Numbered from the stretch's first letter, positions 1 to 10,463 are shown. The stretch is 64,000 nt of DNA from Bacteroidia bacterium (GCA_965216465.1 CBDCFW010000006.1:1184001-1248000); one strand, 5' to 3'. Program-made: numbers and translations. The notes: generated by a model from the letters alone, not told the origin.

Positions 1-1124
1 TCTGATTGTTCTTGGCTGAAACAAATACCACGTTATCATTCAACTTTGCCATCCACGTTTTTTTCAGCGTGGCAATATCATAAATCGCCTCATCTTCAAA
101 AATGTCTTCGTGAGTTGCCTCAGGATTGTATTGATCAATTTTGTTAAATACGGTAACGATTTTTTTGTCAGAAGCACCAATTTCCATTAAAGTTTGCGTC
201 ACCGTTTCCATTTGAGCTTCAAACTGGGGATGTGAAACATCCACCACATGCAATAAAATATCAGCCTCTATAACTTCATCTAAGGTAGACTTGAAACTTT
301 CTATCAATTGGTGAGGAAGCTTGCGGATAAATCCAACCGTATCCGAAAGCAAAAAAATCGTTGGAATTGGTTTTGTTTCGGTAGGAGGAAATACCACTTT
401 TCGAACAGTAGAATCTAAAGTCGCAAACAACTTGTCTTGTGCAAGCACGTCAGACTTTGCTAATAGATTCAAGATGGTCGATTTTCCAACATTAGTATAA
501 CCAACTAAGGCTACACGCTTTTGTGATTGCCTGCTTTTTCTTCTTGTAAACCCTTGATTGTCAATTTTTTTTTAGCTCATTCTTAAGCTTGGCGATTTTA
601 TCACGAATTACCCTTCGGTCAGTCTCAATCTCCTTCTCTCCTGGTCCCTTCATTCCAATACCCCCTTTTTGCTTTTGAAGGTGAGTCCACATCCGGGTCA
701 AGCGAGGAAGTAAGTACTCACTTTGTGCAAGTTCTACCTGGGTTTTGGCCTGTGCTGTTCGTGCGTTTTTAGCAAAAATGTCAAGAATTAAGCTGCTTCG
801 ATCTACAATTTTACAGTTAAACTCCTTCTCTAAGTTTCGAATTTGAGACGGACTAAGTTCATCATCGAATATAGCCAAGTCTATCTCGTAGGCTTTTATA
901 TATGCCCCTATTTCGTCAATCTTTCCTTTTCCTACATAGGTTTTCGGATTGGGATGATCTAAGCGTTGTGTAAAGCGTTTCAGCGTTTTGGCTCCAGCCG
1001 TGGTGGCTAGAAACTCCAACTCGTCTAAATATACTTTGCTGCTTTTTAACGGCACATTTTTTGGCTCTACACCAATTAAAATGGCCTGCTCTGTTTTCTT
1101 ACTATTTTGTACTTGAAATTCCAC
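1..1124 (-). CDS. hflX: GTPase HflX; runs off the left edge, with an apparent +1 frameshift in a 9-nt homopolymer at 565-573
   Basis: ORF 561-1124 has the HflX N-domain (ELSPSQIRNLE, AKTQVELAQ, GPGEKEIETDRR). Removing one base from the run continues into RVALVGYTNVGKS (G1), LFATLD (G2), DTVGF (G3), NKID (G4) and VFVSA (G5) up to position 1. Confidence 0.93.
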
Positions 1125-1171
1125 TAGAAGAAATTGTTCTTTAAATTCGTTCTTAGATTGTTAAAGTAATC

Positions 1172-2634
1172 GTGCAAAGGTACAACCTAAATATCCGAAT
1201 TCTACTTCTATTGGCATTTGTTGCCATAGCAAGTTTAGGGCAAAGCCAGGTTTTACAATGGAGTAACCCAACCAAGCTTAGAGGCACCGCCATCTTTACT
1301 AAAGTTGTGGGTGAAAATGAGCATGGGGTATTCATGATGCGGTACCGCAATCGATTTTATACCAAAAATGTAATCCTCGAAAAATACGATCATCACCTTT
1401 CATATCAACTAGGTAAATCTATTGAGCTTAAGAATGCACGTTTAATTAAAGTAAAGCTGATGAAAAATGGAGTTTTGATTATCAAATCTTCGTTTGGACG
1501 CAAAAACGAAACCAATCAACTTTATGCTCAGCTTTATAGTTTCGATTTCAAACCAATTAGTCGAGAGGTTTTGTTGGTTGAAACACCTGTTCGAACGTAT
1601 GGAGATAGAGGAAATTATCGCGTGCGAATTAGTGATAATCAAGAACATGTTGCAGTGGTATTTTCAAATCAAGACGAGCAAAAAAAACATCAACTTATTT
1701 CAAAACCTCTATACTGCCCGACCTTACTGTAGTGAGCAAAAGCGTCGCAAACATCCCTGTGCCTTTCGACAACTTTATCGTACAGGATTTTATGGTTACT
1801 AATGCAGGTCAAGTAAGCATATTAGGTAAGACAATTCAACGACAAAGAAGAAGAGTGTTGAACTCAACTGTAGGCTTATATCGTCTCTCTGATTCAACAT
1901 TTCAGCAGTATCTTCTTCCAGACTCTGTTGAAATTAAGCATTCAAAGCTGGTCTATGACCGAATGCAAGATCGAGTGAAAGTAGTTGGTTTTTATGGCGA
2001 TAAGGAGCATTATGGTATAGAAGGAACTGTGTTTTACTCGCTTGATAGTAACGATAAGCCCATAACGCTGTTCAATAAGTTTAGTGAGGATTTTATAAAG
2101 AAGGCAACTGTTAACGATCGTAACAATGGAGCCATGTCAGAAGGGTTTTCGTTAATTTCTATCGTACCCCGATCAGATGGGGGTGTTTTGTTGGTTGCCG
2201 AACAGAAAGAAATTGCTACCGAAGATGATATCATCATGGTTAATGGAATTCCTCAAAGTACCTCAAAAAACATCTACAACTTCAACGAAATTTTGGTGAT
2301 GAATTACGATCAAAATGGATTTATGGACTGGTTTGAGGTTATCACCAAAAATCAAACAACCATCAACGACGGTGGATATTTTAGTTCGGCAGTGGTTTAT
2401 GTAGGCGATAAATTTATCCAACTGTTCTATAACGACCAGCTCCGATCTTCTGGAGATGTTGTTCAGTACACAATCTATAACAACGGAAAAAGCGAAAGTG
2501 CCAATCTCTTAAAAGCCGACCTCGACTATGTAGCAATCATACCCGTAGAATCGAAGCAAGTTTCTTCGAATAAAGTTATTATTCCTACATCAAAAAACCG
2601 CAGATTTGCATTACTCAAAATAATCTACGATTGA
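1172..2634 (+). CDS. Exported hypothetical protein, probably one gene (beta-rich/propeller-like) split by frameshift(s) at about 1680-1720
   Basis: ORF 1172-1732 has a signal peptide. ORF 1732-2634 has none, and its frame is open from 1639. An 8-A run (1680-1687) and CCC (1717-1719) lie at the junction. Confidence 0.7.
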
Positions 2635-3533
2635 TCCAATATCTAACACGAAATATTGCCACAGCCATTGCCGTATCAGCCGTACTTTTTTTGAGCTACA
2701 TGGCGATATTGGGAGATTATTCAACTCAATCCTTAATTAAATTTGGCTTACTGCTTTCACAAGGATTAATACTGAACTATTTGTGCTTTCGTTTCGGAGT
2801 ACTCGGGCAGAACTCAAGCCTGCCGTTGGTCTTGTTTAGCATATTGTCCGTTCTAATTGCACCCCTTTTGTCGTTGGGTGATTTGGTGTATGGAGTTATA
2901 TGGCTGGCTGCATTTTTCTTTGCGTTTGAAAGCGGTGAAAACCCACATAAATCTAGAAATTACATTATTTATTTTGGTGTTCTTTTGGGCGTTGCTCAAA
3001 CCATTAATAACATAAGTGTATTGCTCCTTATTCCGGTGTTTATGCTTTTTATTCAAACAGGTGCGAGGAGTTTGCGTGATTTCGTTTTGAGCATCTCCTA
3101 TTTTGTAATGGTCGTGATGAGTTTTGTGGGCGTGCTCTATGTTATGGAGCTTCAAGATAAGCTCTTTCAGCTCATTCCACAGCTAACTTTCGACTACTCT
3201 ACATTTAATAATATTATGATTAAATTGTTGCTACCATTTGTGTTTGCAAGTTTAGTTGTACATTATTTGAAGCTGAATGGATACAAATTTCGCTATCCAA
3301 ATCAAACAAAGATTCTGAACTATACCATGCTTATTCAGCTGGCCATAGCTGTAGCCTTAATATTGTTAACTGCAGATGCAAATTTCTTAATCTACTTTGT
3401 TATGCCAGTAGTAGTAGTGTTAAGTTTCATGTTCTTGTATACCAGCAAGAGCATCTTCTCTAACGCGGCATTTTTAAGTTTGATTTGTATCGCTCTTGCT
3501 TCACTCTGGATGTATAAAATATTAATTTTGTGA
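2631..3533 (+). CDS. Polytopic membrane protein (DUF6427-like)
   Basis: About 9-10 hydrophobic segments; start overlaps the upstream stop. Confidence 0.7.
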   Translation: MIQYLTRNIATAIAVSAVLFLSYMAILGDYSTQSLIKFGLLLSQGLILNYLCFRFGVLGQNSSLPLVLFSILSVLIAPLLSLGDLVYGVIWLAAFFFAFESGENPHKSRNYIIYFGVLLGVAQTINNISVLLLIPVFMLFIQTGARSLRDFVLSISYFVMVVMSFVGVLYVMELQDKLFQLIPQLTFDYSTFNNIMIKLLLPFVFASLVVHYLKLNGYKFRYPNQTKILNYTMLIQLAIAVALILLTADANFLIYFVMPVVVVLSFMFLYTSKSIFSNAAFLSLICIALASLWMYKILIL

Positions 3534-3579
3534 GGCTTGCATTATTCGTTTTCTTTGCATAGCACAAATTGTAAGATTT

Positions 3580-4143
3580 ATGAACGAGGATATTAAATTG
3601 GTTTTAGAAGAACTTAAAGTTCAATTGGAGAAGAGTCTAGCACACGTGGTTTCTGAAGTTGGGAAGTTAAGAGCTGGTAAGGCTATGCCTGCAATGCTTG
3701 ATTCTGTACAAGTTGAATACTATGGGAGCAAGGTTCCGCTATCTCAAGTAGCCAATGTTAATACTCCTGATGCTAAAACCCTAATGGTAAAACCATGGGA
3801 AAAAACCATGCTTGAAGAAATCGAACGTGGAATTATGTATGCGAACCTCGGACTAAATCCTCAGAACGATGGCGAACAAGTAATTATCAATGTTCCACCG
3901 CTTACAGAAGAAAGAAGAATGCAACTTGTTAAGCAAGCTAAAGGTGAAGCAGAACATGGTAAAATTGGTTTGCGAAGTGCTCGTAAGGATGCCATCGATA
4001 CCATTAAAATGCTTCATAAAGATGGTTTAAGCGAAGACCTTGCAAAAGATGCGGAAGGCGACGTTCAAAAGTTGGTTGATGAATATGGGAAGAAAATTGA
4101 TCAAGCCATTGCTCAGAAAGAATCTGAGATTATGACCATTTAA
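3580..4143 (+). CDS. frr: Ribosome recycling factor
   Basis: LRAGKA, VEYYGS..PLSQVANV, PPLTEERR, KESEIM motifs. Confidence 0.97.
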   Translation: MNEDIKLVLEELKVQLEKSLAHVVSEVGKLRAGKAMPAMLDSVQVEYYGSKVPLSQVANVNTPDAKTLMVKPWEKTMLEEIERGIMYANLGLNPQNDGEQVIINVPPLTEERRMQLVKQAKGEAEHGKIGLRSARKDAIDTIKMLHKDGLSEDLAKDAEGDVQKLVDEYGKKIDQAIAQKESEIMTI

Positions 4144-4760
4144 ATCCACAAGTGGGATGTGTTGTTTCGTTCCACAATCTTAAAATTGTTTTCTTGATGC
4201 TCCAGCACGTACAAGCTTAAATTGCTGTGCTTGAACTCATCCATACGTTCTAATGGAGTGCCCGTTAGAAGGCACAAAAAACTCCTGAGTGCCCGCCCAT
4301 GCATGCAGATTAAAATTAGTTTCTCATCGGTTCGCTTCATAATCTTTTCTAAACCTAGTTTTTGCCGCTTTTGCATTTGATTTGGAGATTCTCCTCCTTC
4401 AACACTTCGGTCAAGTAATCCTGCTCTCCAATCATTTATAATTCCATTGTACACACGCTGACTGTCCGGAGTTCCCTTAAGTCCTTCAAAAAACCCCCAA
4501 TTGATTTCATTGAGTTCAGAAATAGCTTCTATTTCAAATCCCGATTCTTTAAAAGGAGATACGCTTTGTTTGGTTCTTTTAAGGTCGCTGGTGTAAATCT
4601 TATCAAACGACTTATGATGATAGGCTTTGTAGAATTGCTGGGCTTGATTTCTTCCTGTTGAGTTCAAATCGCTATCTACTCCGCTTCCCTGAATGATTCC
4701 ATTTTTGTTGTAATCAGTTTCTCCATGTCGGATGATGTATATAGTTTTATTGACTTGCAC
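4140..4760 (-). CDS. Histidine phosphatase (phosphoglycerate mutase-like) family
   Basis: IIRHGETDYN catalytic motif, GGES and MHGR. GTG at 4760 preferred as start. Confidence 0.9.
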   Translation of the reverse strand: MQVNKTIYIIRHGETDYNKNGIIQGSGVDSDLNSTGRNQAQQFYKAYHHKSFDKIYTSDLKRTKQSVSPFKESGFEIEAISELNEINWGFFEGLKGTPDSQRVYNGIINDWRAGLLDRSVEGGESPNQMQKRQKLGLEKIMKRTDEKLILICMHGRALRSFLCLLTGTPLERMDEFKHSNLSLYVLEHQENNFKIVERNNTSHLWI

Positions 4761-4862
4761 AGAAGGAGGATGCACAAATCAAATAAAAACTCGATTCAAT
4801 TCATAATTAAAAAAAGTAGTAAAACCCAAACTATTCAGCCTTACTTTGCAGCACCTATTTTT

Positions 4863-5279
4863 ATGATTCCTTATAAGTCCTTAAAAATTGAAGAACTAAA
4901 TGCCTTTCAAGCCAATAGCATGGCCGAGCACTTAGGAATGAAAGTGGTTGAGATTGGTGAAGATTTCTTAACCATGTCGATGCCGGTGAATAGTAAGGTG
5001 CATCAACCTATGGGATTGTTGCATGGTGGTGCAACAGCAGCGTTATCAGAAAACGTTGCAAGTCTAGCCGGAAGTATAGTTGCGGGCAAAGAGAAAGCCT
5101 GTGTTGGCTTAACACTGAACATTAATCACCTGAAGAGTGTTAAAGAAGGATTGATTTTTGCCACAGCAAAACCAATACACTTGGGTCGCAAGACACATGT
5201 TTGGGAAGTTGAAACTAAAACTGAAGAAGGAGTATTGATTGCCGTAACAAGAATGACGTTGGCTATAATAGAAAGGTAA
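4863..5279 (+). CDS. menI: PaaI/hotdog thioesterase, likely DHNA-CoA thioesterase
   Basis: HQPMGLLHGGATAALSE and PIHLGRKTHVW; adjacent to an isochorismate synthase. ATG at 4863 preferred. Confidence 0.82.
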   Translation: MIPYKSLKIEELNAFQANSMAEHLGMKVVEIGEDFLTMSMPVNSKVHQPMGLLHGGATAALSENVASLAGSIVAGKEKACVGLTLNINHLKSVKEGLIFATAKPIHLGRKTHVWEVETKTEEGVLIAVTRMTLAIIER

Positions 5280-5281
5280 TA

Positions 5282-6253
5282 ATGGATATTAATAATATTG
5301 GAGCACTAGTATATCTGCCCGAAGAGCAGAAAATAGAATCTTATTCAGTAGAGAATCTAGAATCTTTTACTGAAATTGATGCCTATTGGATGCAGCATGA
5401 GGGTTTACTATTTTATCCGTTTGACCGAACCAAGCCTGCATACTTCTTCAACAAGAAAGCTGTAGATACACCCGTGCTTGAATTTGAGTTTTCTCCAAAC
5501 ACGCAATTATCTAAGGAGGAGTATCTTACAAGTGTGTTTATGGCACAGCAAGCAATGGGTGAAGGTGAATTCTCAAAGGTTGTACTGGCTCGAAATGAAA
5601 TAATTACAGGGGATTTTAATGCCGAAGAAACCTTTCAAAATGCAGTAACTCGATACCCTAAGTCATACGGTTATTACATTAATCTTGGTGAGCAAAAATG
5701 GGTCGGGGCCTCCCCAGAATTATTGCTTCATTTTGAAGAAGGAACGGTGTATACCATCGCCCTAGCTGGAACCAAAGAAGAAGGAGAGGAGTTTACTGCT
5801 AAAGAGCAGGAAGAACAAGCCATGGTTGAACAATTTATTGAAGAGAAGTTCATTAAGGTTGGGCTAAGCAATTTTGCTAAATCTGAAAAACAAGAAGCTA
5901 AGTTTAACAACATAAAACATCTTAAAACGGCGTATACTTCGACGTCTACTCCTGAACAAGCTTTAGAATTGCTAAAGCACATGCAACCTACGAGTGCTGT
6001 TTGTGGACTTCCGCGAGATACTAGCTTTGGATTTATTCAAGAGTTTGAAACCATGAATCGAAGCTTTTATAGCGGTTTAACCGGTGTGCTCCGAAAAGAA
6101 AGTGCAACCTTCTTTGTAAATCTAAGGTGCATGCGTTTTTATGGAAATGAAGTTGAGCTTTTTGCCGGGGCAGGAATTACAGCAGAATCAAATGCTGAAG
6201 CGGAGTGGGAAGAGACGAATAAAAAAATTCAAACCATCAAGCACTTACTCTAA
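5282..6253 (+). CDS. menF: Isochorismate synthase (chorismate-binding enzyme)
   Basis: KVVLAR, WVGASPELL, ALAGT, PTSAVCGLP, FVNLRCM, AGAGIT, EWEET motifs. Confidence 0.85.
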   Translation: MDINNIGALVYLPEEQKIESYSVENLESFTEIDAYWMQHEGLLFYPFDRTKPAYFFNKKAVDTPVLEFEFSPNTQLSKEEYLTSVFMAQQAMGEGEFSKVVLARNEIITGDFNAEETFQNAVTRYPKSYGYYINLGEQKWVGASPELLLHFEEGTVYTIALAGTKEEGEEFTAKEQEEQAMVEQFIEEKFIKVGLSNFAKSEKQEAKFNNIKHLKTAYTSTSTPEQALELLKHMQPTSAVCGLPRDTSFGFIQEFETMNRSFYSGLTGVLRKESATFFVNLRCMRFYGNEVELFAGAGITAESNAEAEWEETNKKIQTIKHLL

Positions 6254-6802
6254 AGCTACTTCAAGCAGCGTATCATATTCGTCTTTCTCGATCTCAATCG
6301 CACCAAATTGTTTAAGGTGATCATTTATGTATTGAGTATCCAGAAGTTTGAAGTCGTTCTCTATTAAGAATTCTACCAAGAACATCAAGGCAATTTTGCT
6401 TGCATCAGTTTCAGTATGAAACATACTTTCTCCAAAAAATGCTTTACCCAAAGTAACTCCGTATAGGCCACCTACCAACTTGTTGTCACGCCATGCTTCA
6501 AAACTAAGTGCATAGCCGAGTTCATTAAGTTTGGTGTAAGATTTTATGATGTCTTCACTGATCCAAGTATCCTCACGATCAGCACAGCCTCTCATGGTTC
6601 CTTCAAAGTCAGAATTTATACGCAATTCAAAATGCTTTTTGTTGTACAATCGCTTTAGGTTTTTCGACACGTGAAAATTATCCAAAGGAATGATGCCCCG
6701 CTTCTCTGGCTTAAACCAGAAAATCTCGTTATCCTCCTCGGGAACAGCCATTGGGAAGTATCCTTTAGAATAAGCGTATAGTAGTTCGGTGGGGTCTAGC
6801 AT
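6245..6802 (-). CDS. aat: Leucyl/phenylalanyl-tRNA--protein transferase
   Basis: LLYAYSKGYFPMA, TWI, LVGGLYGV, FFGESMF, DASKIAL, LLDTQ, HLKQFGA. Start ATG at 6802. Confidence 0.95.
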   Translation of the reverse strand: MLDPTELLYAYSKGYFPMAVPEEDNEIFWFKPEKRGIIPLDNFHVSKNLKRLYNKKHFELRINSDFEGTMRGCADREDTWISEDIIKSYTKLNELGYALSFEAWRDNKLVGGLYGVTLGKAFFGESMFHTETDASKIALMFLVEFLIENDFKLLDTQYINDHLKQFGAIEIEKDEYDTLLEVALE

Positions 6803-6807
6803 ATGAT

Positions 6808-6819
6808 TACTTTTGCAAA
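6808..6819. promoter_or_regulatory. Overlapping divergent -7 boxes between aat and the FAH gene
   Basis: TACTTTTG on + at 6808-6815 and TTCCTTTG on -, sharing the TTTGCAAA palindrome; the start codons are only 21 nt apart. Confidence 0.55.
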
Positions 6820-6823
6820 GGAA

Positions 6824-7432
6824 ATGAAAATCATTTGTATAGGAAGAAATTATGTGGAACATATAAAAGAATTGGGCAATGAAACTCCTGATGAACCCGT
6901 AATTTTTATGAAACCAGACTCTGCTGTATTTAGGCAACGCGATGCATTTTATATCCCAGATTGGAGCAATGAAATCCATTTTGAAGCCGAGATAGTGGTC
7001 AAACTCAATCGATTAGGTAAAAATATAGAAGCAAAGTTTGCACACAAATACTTTAAAGAGTTTACACTGGGAATTGATTTTACCGCTCGTGATGTTCAGT
7101 CGAGGTTAAAAGAAAAAGGATTGCCATGGGAAAAGGCCAAAGCATTTGATCAAAGTGCCGTAATGGGAGAATATTTGCCAGTAGATGACTATGACTTAGA
7201 CAATTTGAACTTTTCATTGAGACGAAACGGTGAAATCGTTCAGCAGGGCAATACCAATCTGATGATGCGATCTGTTCCCGAAATAATAGAGCATTGTTCG
7301 CAGTATTTCACCTTGAAAATTGGAGATTTGATATTTAGTGGAACACCTGCTGGAGTAGGAAAAGTAAATCCAGGAGATATATTAGAGGGTTTTATTGAAG
7401 ATCGAAAAGTGTTAAACGTTAAAATTAGATAA
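6824..7432 (+). CDS. Fumarylacetoacetate hydrolase family protein
   Basis: MKIICIGRNYVEH, IFMKP, HFEAE, DFTARD, WEKAKAFD, GDLIFSGTPAGVG. Confidence 0.93.
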   Translation: MKIICIGRNYVEHIKELGNETPDEPVIFMKPDSAVFRQRDAFYIPDWSNEIHFEAEIVVKLNRLGKNIEAKFAHKYFKEFTLGIDFTARDVQSRLKEKGLPWEKAKAFDQSAVMGEYLPVDDYDLDNLNFSLRRNGEIVQQGNTNLMMRSVPEIIEHCSQYFTLKIGDLIFSGTPAGVGKVNPGDILEGFIEDRKVLNVKIR

Positions 7433-7434
7433 CC

Positions 7435-8037
7435 ATGAAAAAAATTGTGACCAGTTTAGTTGTGCTCATGATGTTGGCTTGCGGAAGTCAAGACAATGAA
7501 CCAACAACTGAAGAAATGAAATATCCTGTAGCCTATGTAGACACAAGGCTGGGAGAAATGTTTTTTTGGCTCTATGACGAAACGCCGAATCACAAACAAA
7601 AGTTTATTGAATTGGCAAATGCAAAACACTACGATCAGTTTACATTCAATCGTGTGATTGAGAATTTTGTAATTCAAGGGGGATGTCCAGACTCTGTAAA
7701 ATATTTTGAGAACTCACCTTATCTGCTTGATCCGGAGTTTGTAGATAGCATAGATCATCATTATGGTGCCTTGGGCATGGGTAGAGATGGAAACCCAGAA
7801 AAAAAATCGAACGCTTGTCAGTTTTATGTGGTGAACAAAGAGGCAGGCTTGCCATTTTTAGATGGGGAGTATATGATTTTTGGTACCATGATTAAGGGGT
7901 ATGATGTTTTGGAAGATATAGAGCACGAACCCACAAATGCGAACGACCAACCCTTAACGGATATTCCTCTACATGTTTCAATCAAGTACTATACAAGACA
8001 GCAAATCTCAGATACATTTGATTTGCTCATACCCTAA
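7435..8037 (+). CDS. Cyclophilin-type peptidyl-prolyl isomerase, lipoprotein
   Basis: Lipobox LAC; LYDETPNH, FNRVIENFVIQGG, GALGMGR, QFYVV, LDGEYMIFG. Confidence 0.88.
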   Translation: MKKIVTSLVVLMMLACGSQDNEPTTEEMKYPVAYVDTRLGEMFFWLYDETPNHKQKFIELANAKHYDQFTFNRVIENFVIQGGCPDSVKYFENSPYLLDPEFVDSIDHHYGALGMGRDGNPEKKSNACQFYVVNKEAGLPFLDGEYMIFGTMIKGYDVLEDIEHEPTNANDQPLTDIPLHVSIKYYTRQQISDTFDLLIP

Positions 8038-8405
8038 GCGCTGAGCATAAGATCTTCTTGATTGTGACTGTTTAGTGGTTTGTGAACAAAGATTGCATTC
8101 TTATTCGCAGCAAAAGCTTCTTGCATAGCTTCTTCTCTTAGTTCTCTGGATGCATATTGAATGCTTGTGGCGATTAACTCATCCCAACAGGTTCGTATTT
8201 CAAAGCCATAATTCCCAGAAATGTTTTTTGTCCTACAAAAGTTGGCATGAAAACACATGTGAACTTTTAAGGTGGCTAAAAATTTCTCACACGATTTGTA
8301 ATTCGGAAACTTTTTAGATTTCAACACTAAAAATTGGTCAGAATTCAACAAGGCGAGTTCAAATCCGAAGTTGTTTTGATTGATGGTGAAGCTTGGTCTT
8401 TTCAT
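8034..8405 (-). CDS. YegP/DUF1508 (UPF0339)-like tandem-domain protein
   Basis: Two repeats resembling YegP: FGFELALLNSDQFLVLKSKKFPNYKSCE and YGFEIRTCWDELIATSIQYASRELRE. Confidence 0.6.
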   Translation of the reverse strand: MKRPSFTINQNNFGFELALLNSDQFLVLKSKKFPNYKSCEKFLATLKVHMCFHANFCRTKNISGNYGFEIRTCWDELIATSIQYASRELREEAMQEAFAANKNAIFVHKPLNSHNQEDLMLSA

Positions 8406-8615
8406 ACAAATTGTATCAATTAATTGTTAAACAAAAGCAGATAGTCAAATTATCAAAATAATGGTAAAATAATTATCAATTGCCATATAGTTAAATATAG
8501 TGAACATTCTTTAATCTCCAAATTCATTAGGATTTCAATGATTTACTACAACCTAAAATTCTGTGTTTAAATCTTAATAACTCGCGACAGCAATGGGCGT
8601 AATTTTGCTTTTTAT

Positions 8616-10463
8616 TTGATTCAATTGAAAAGAAAAAACTTTTACTATTTCCTGATTTTGGCTGGAGTCTTGTCGCTGTTTGCCACATGTAAAAACAACC
8701 CTGTTGATGAGGGCGATACTTCTGAAGATTTTGACGATACAGCAGAGGTCGTGTTGAACGAACTGGAAAATGATGCAGAAGACATACCAAAGAAGATTGA
8801 GGTAATTCAGGCTCCATTTAGTTTTGCTCGAAACAAGAATCCATATAAACAGAATTACTTTAGAAATCCATTTGACAGTGCAATTAAAGTATCAGGAACT
8901 TTTTGTGAGTTGCGAGGTAATCATTTTCATGGAGGACTGGATATTCGAACAGGTGGACATGAAGGGTGGCCAGTACTCGCAGCTGCTGACGGCTATGTAG
9001 AAAGAGTAAAAGTAAGTGTTTATGGCTACGGTAGAGTGGTTTATATAAGGCATCCCAATGGCTTTACCAGCGTTTATGGACACCTTCAACAGTTTAAAGG
9101 GGCATTGGCCAATTATGTAAAAGAAGCCCAATACAAGCAAAGGAAATTTGAAATTGAACTTTTTCCAAAAGCGGGCGAGATTAAGGTTTATAAAGGGAAA
9201 CCATTTGCTATTAGTGGAAACACTGGTGGGAGCGGTGGACCTCATTTGCATTTTGAGATTAGAGACAGAAATGGAAAGGCGACCAACCCGCTAATGCACG
9301 GGCTTGATGTGCGCGATGTTATTAAACCACAAATTAAGAATGTAGGAGTTTATTTGAAAGACCGTGAAGCTCTGTATGCCAAGGGTAACTATCCCTATCT
9401 TGTATTGCCTCGTAAATCTGCATATCTAAAAGGGTATCAAACATTACAATTGAAGCCAGGTACTTATAGTTTTGGGTTAAGAACAGACGACTATTTCACG
9501 GATTATAACAACAGGTTAGGGTTGAATTATTGTTGGGTAACCGCAAATGGTGAATTGTTATATCAATACCAAATCGAAAAATTTGACTTTACCAAAGGCC
9601 GGTATATCAACACACACACAGACCCTTATCTGAAATTCAAAACTGGATTAACTTACATCAGGCTCTTTAAGGAGAAGTATAATCCTTTGCCCTATTATAA
9701 GCAGAATAAGAATGCTGAAATATGGCTGCAACAAGGAGACACAGTAGCCGTAAATCTATATGTTCAAGACTTTATTGGATTGATAGATTCTGTGCAAATG
9801 ATTCTGGTTGGAGATTCTACAGGAAAGAAGCTTGCTCTTGCAGATGTAGGCACTTACGACAGCAAGGTCCGAATTAAGAAAAGTAAGGGAGGCAGTGTTA
9901 AAAACGGAAACTGGAATATTTCAATTCCATCGGCTGCCATTTATCACGATTTAGATTTCAAAACGGGTATTAAGGCTAAGAAGGCAAATATGTTAAGTGA
10001 AACCCTTCAACTGCACTTTCCTTACACGCCGTTGCATACTTATATTCACGTAAGTTATTCGGTAAGTGAAGAGATGAAGAAGTATGGGAGTAAGTTATGT
10101 GCGGTCAGCTTTAGTGGAAGCCGAATCTATTACGAAGGAGGTGAGCTCAGTGGAAATACCCTAAAGTTTAAAACCCGATCACTTGGGCAATATGCTATCA
10201 CCCACGACTCTAAGCCGCCGAGCATTCGTGTGGTTCGATTTGGTAAAAATTATAAGTTTAAGGTATCAGACAACTTAAGCGGTGTAGCTCAAATTATCTG
10301 TTCTCTTGATGATAAGTGGATTCTTGCAGAGTATGAACCAAAGACCAACACTGTTTGGGGACAAATTCCAAATTGGATAAAACCGGGTAGCTACGACTTC
10401 AAATTAGTGGTTATAGATTCTAAGAATAATCGAGCTGAATATACCAACACCATCAAACTTTAA
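8616..10463 (+). CDS. M23 family metallopeptidase, probable lipoprotein
   Basis: HFHGGLD, YGHL, SGNTGGSGGPHLHFEIR zinc motifs; hydrophobic N-terminus ending in FATC. Confidence 0.9.
   Translation: MIQLKRKNFYYFLILAGVLSLFATCKNNPVDEGDTSEDFDDTAEVVLNELENDAEDIPKKIEVIQAPFSFARNKNPYKQNYFRNPFDSAIKVSGTFCELRGNHFHGGLDIRTGGHEGWPVLAAADGYVERVKVSVYGYGRVVYIRHPNGFTSVYGHLQQFKGALANYVKEAQYKQRKFEIELFPKAGEIKVYKGKPFAISGNTGGSGGPHLHFEIRDRNGKATNPLMHGLDVRDVIKPQIKNVGVYLKDREALYAKGNYPYLVLPRKSAYLKGYQTLQLKPGTYSFGLRTDDYFTDYNNRLGLNYCWVTANGELLYQYQIEKFDFTKGRYINTHTDPYLKFKTGLTYIRLFKEKYNPLPYYKQNKNAEIWLQQGDTVAVNLYVQDFIGLIDSVQMILVGDSTGKKLALADVGTYDSKVRIKKSKGGSVKNGNWNISIPSAAIYHDLDFKTGIKAKKANMLSETLQLHFPYTPLHTYIHVSYSVSEEMKKYGSKLCAVSFSGSRIYYEGGELSGNTLKFKTRSLGQYAITHDSKPPSIRVVRFGKNYKFKVSDNLSGVAQIICSLDDKWILAEYEPKTNTVWGQIPNWIKPGSYDFKLVVIDSKNNRAEYTNTIKL

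Noticed and set aside
4863-6253. Siderophore biosynthesis interpretation of the isochorismate synthase
   Set aside because: No NRPS or ent/pch genes are nearby; pairing with a hotdog thioesterase fits menaquinone synthesis.
6803-6979. ORF-track N-terminal extensions (aat from 6979; also 4725, 22123, 27421, 28907, 33516, 51537, 58473)
   Set aside because: They overlap neighbouring genes or promoter boxes; family-like sequence starts at downstream codons.
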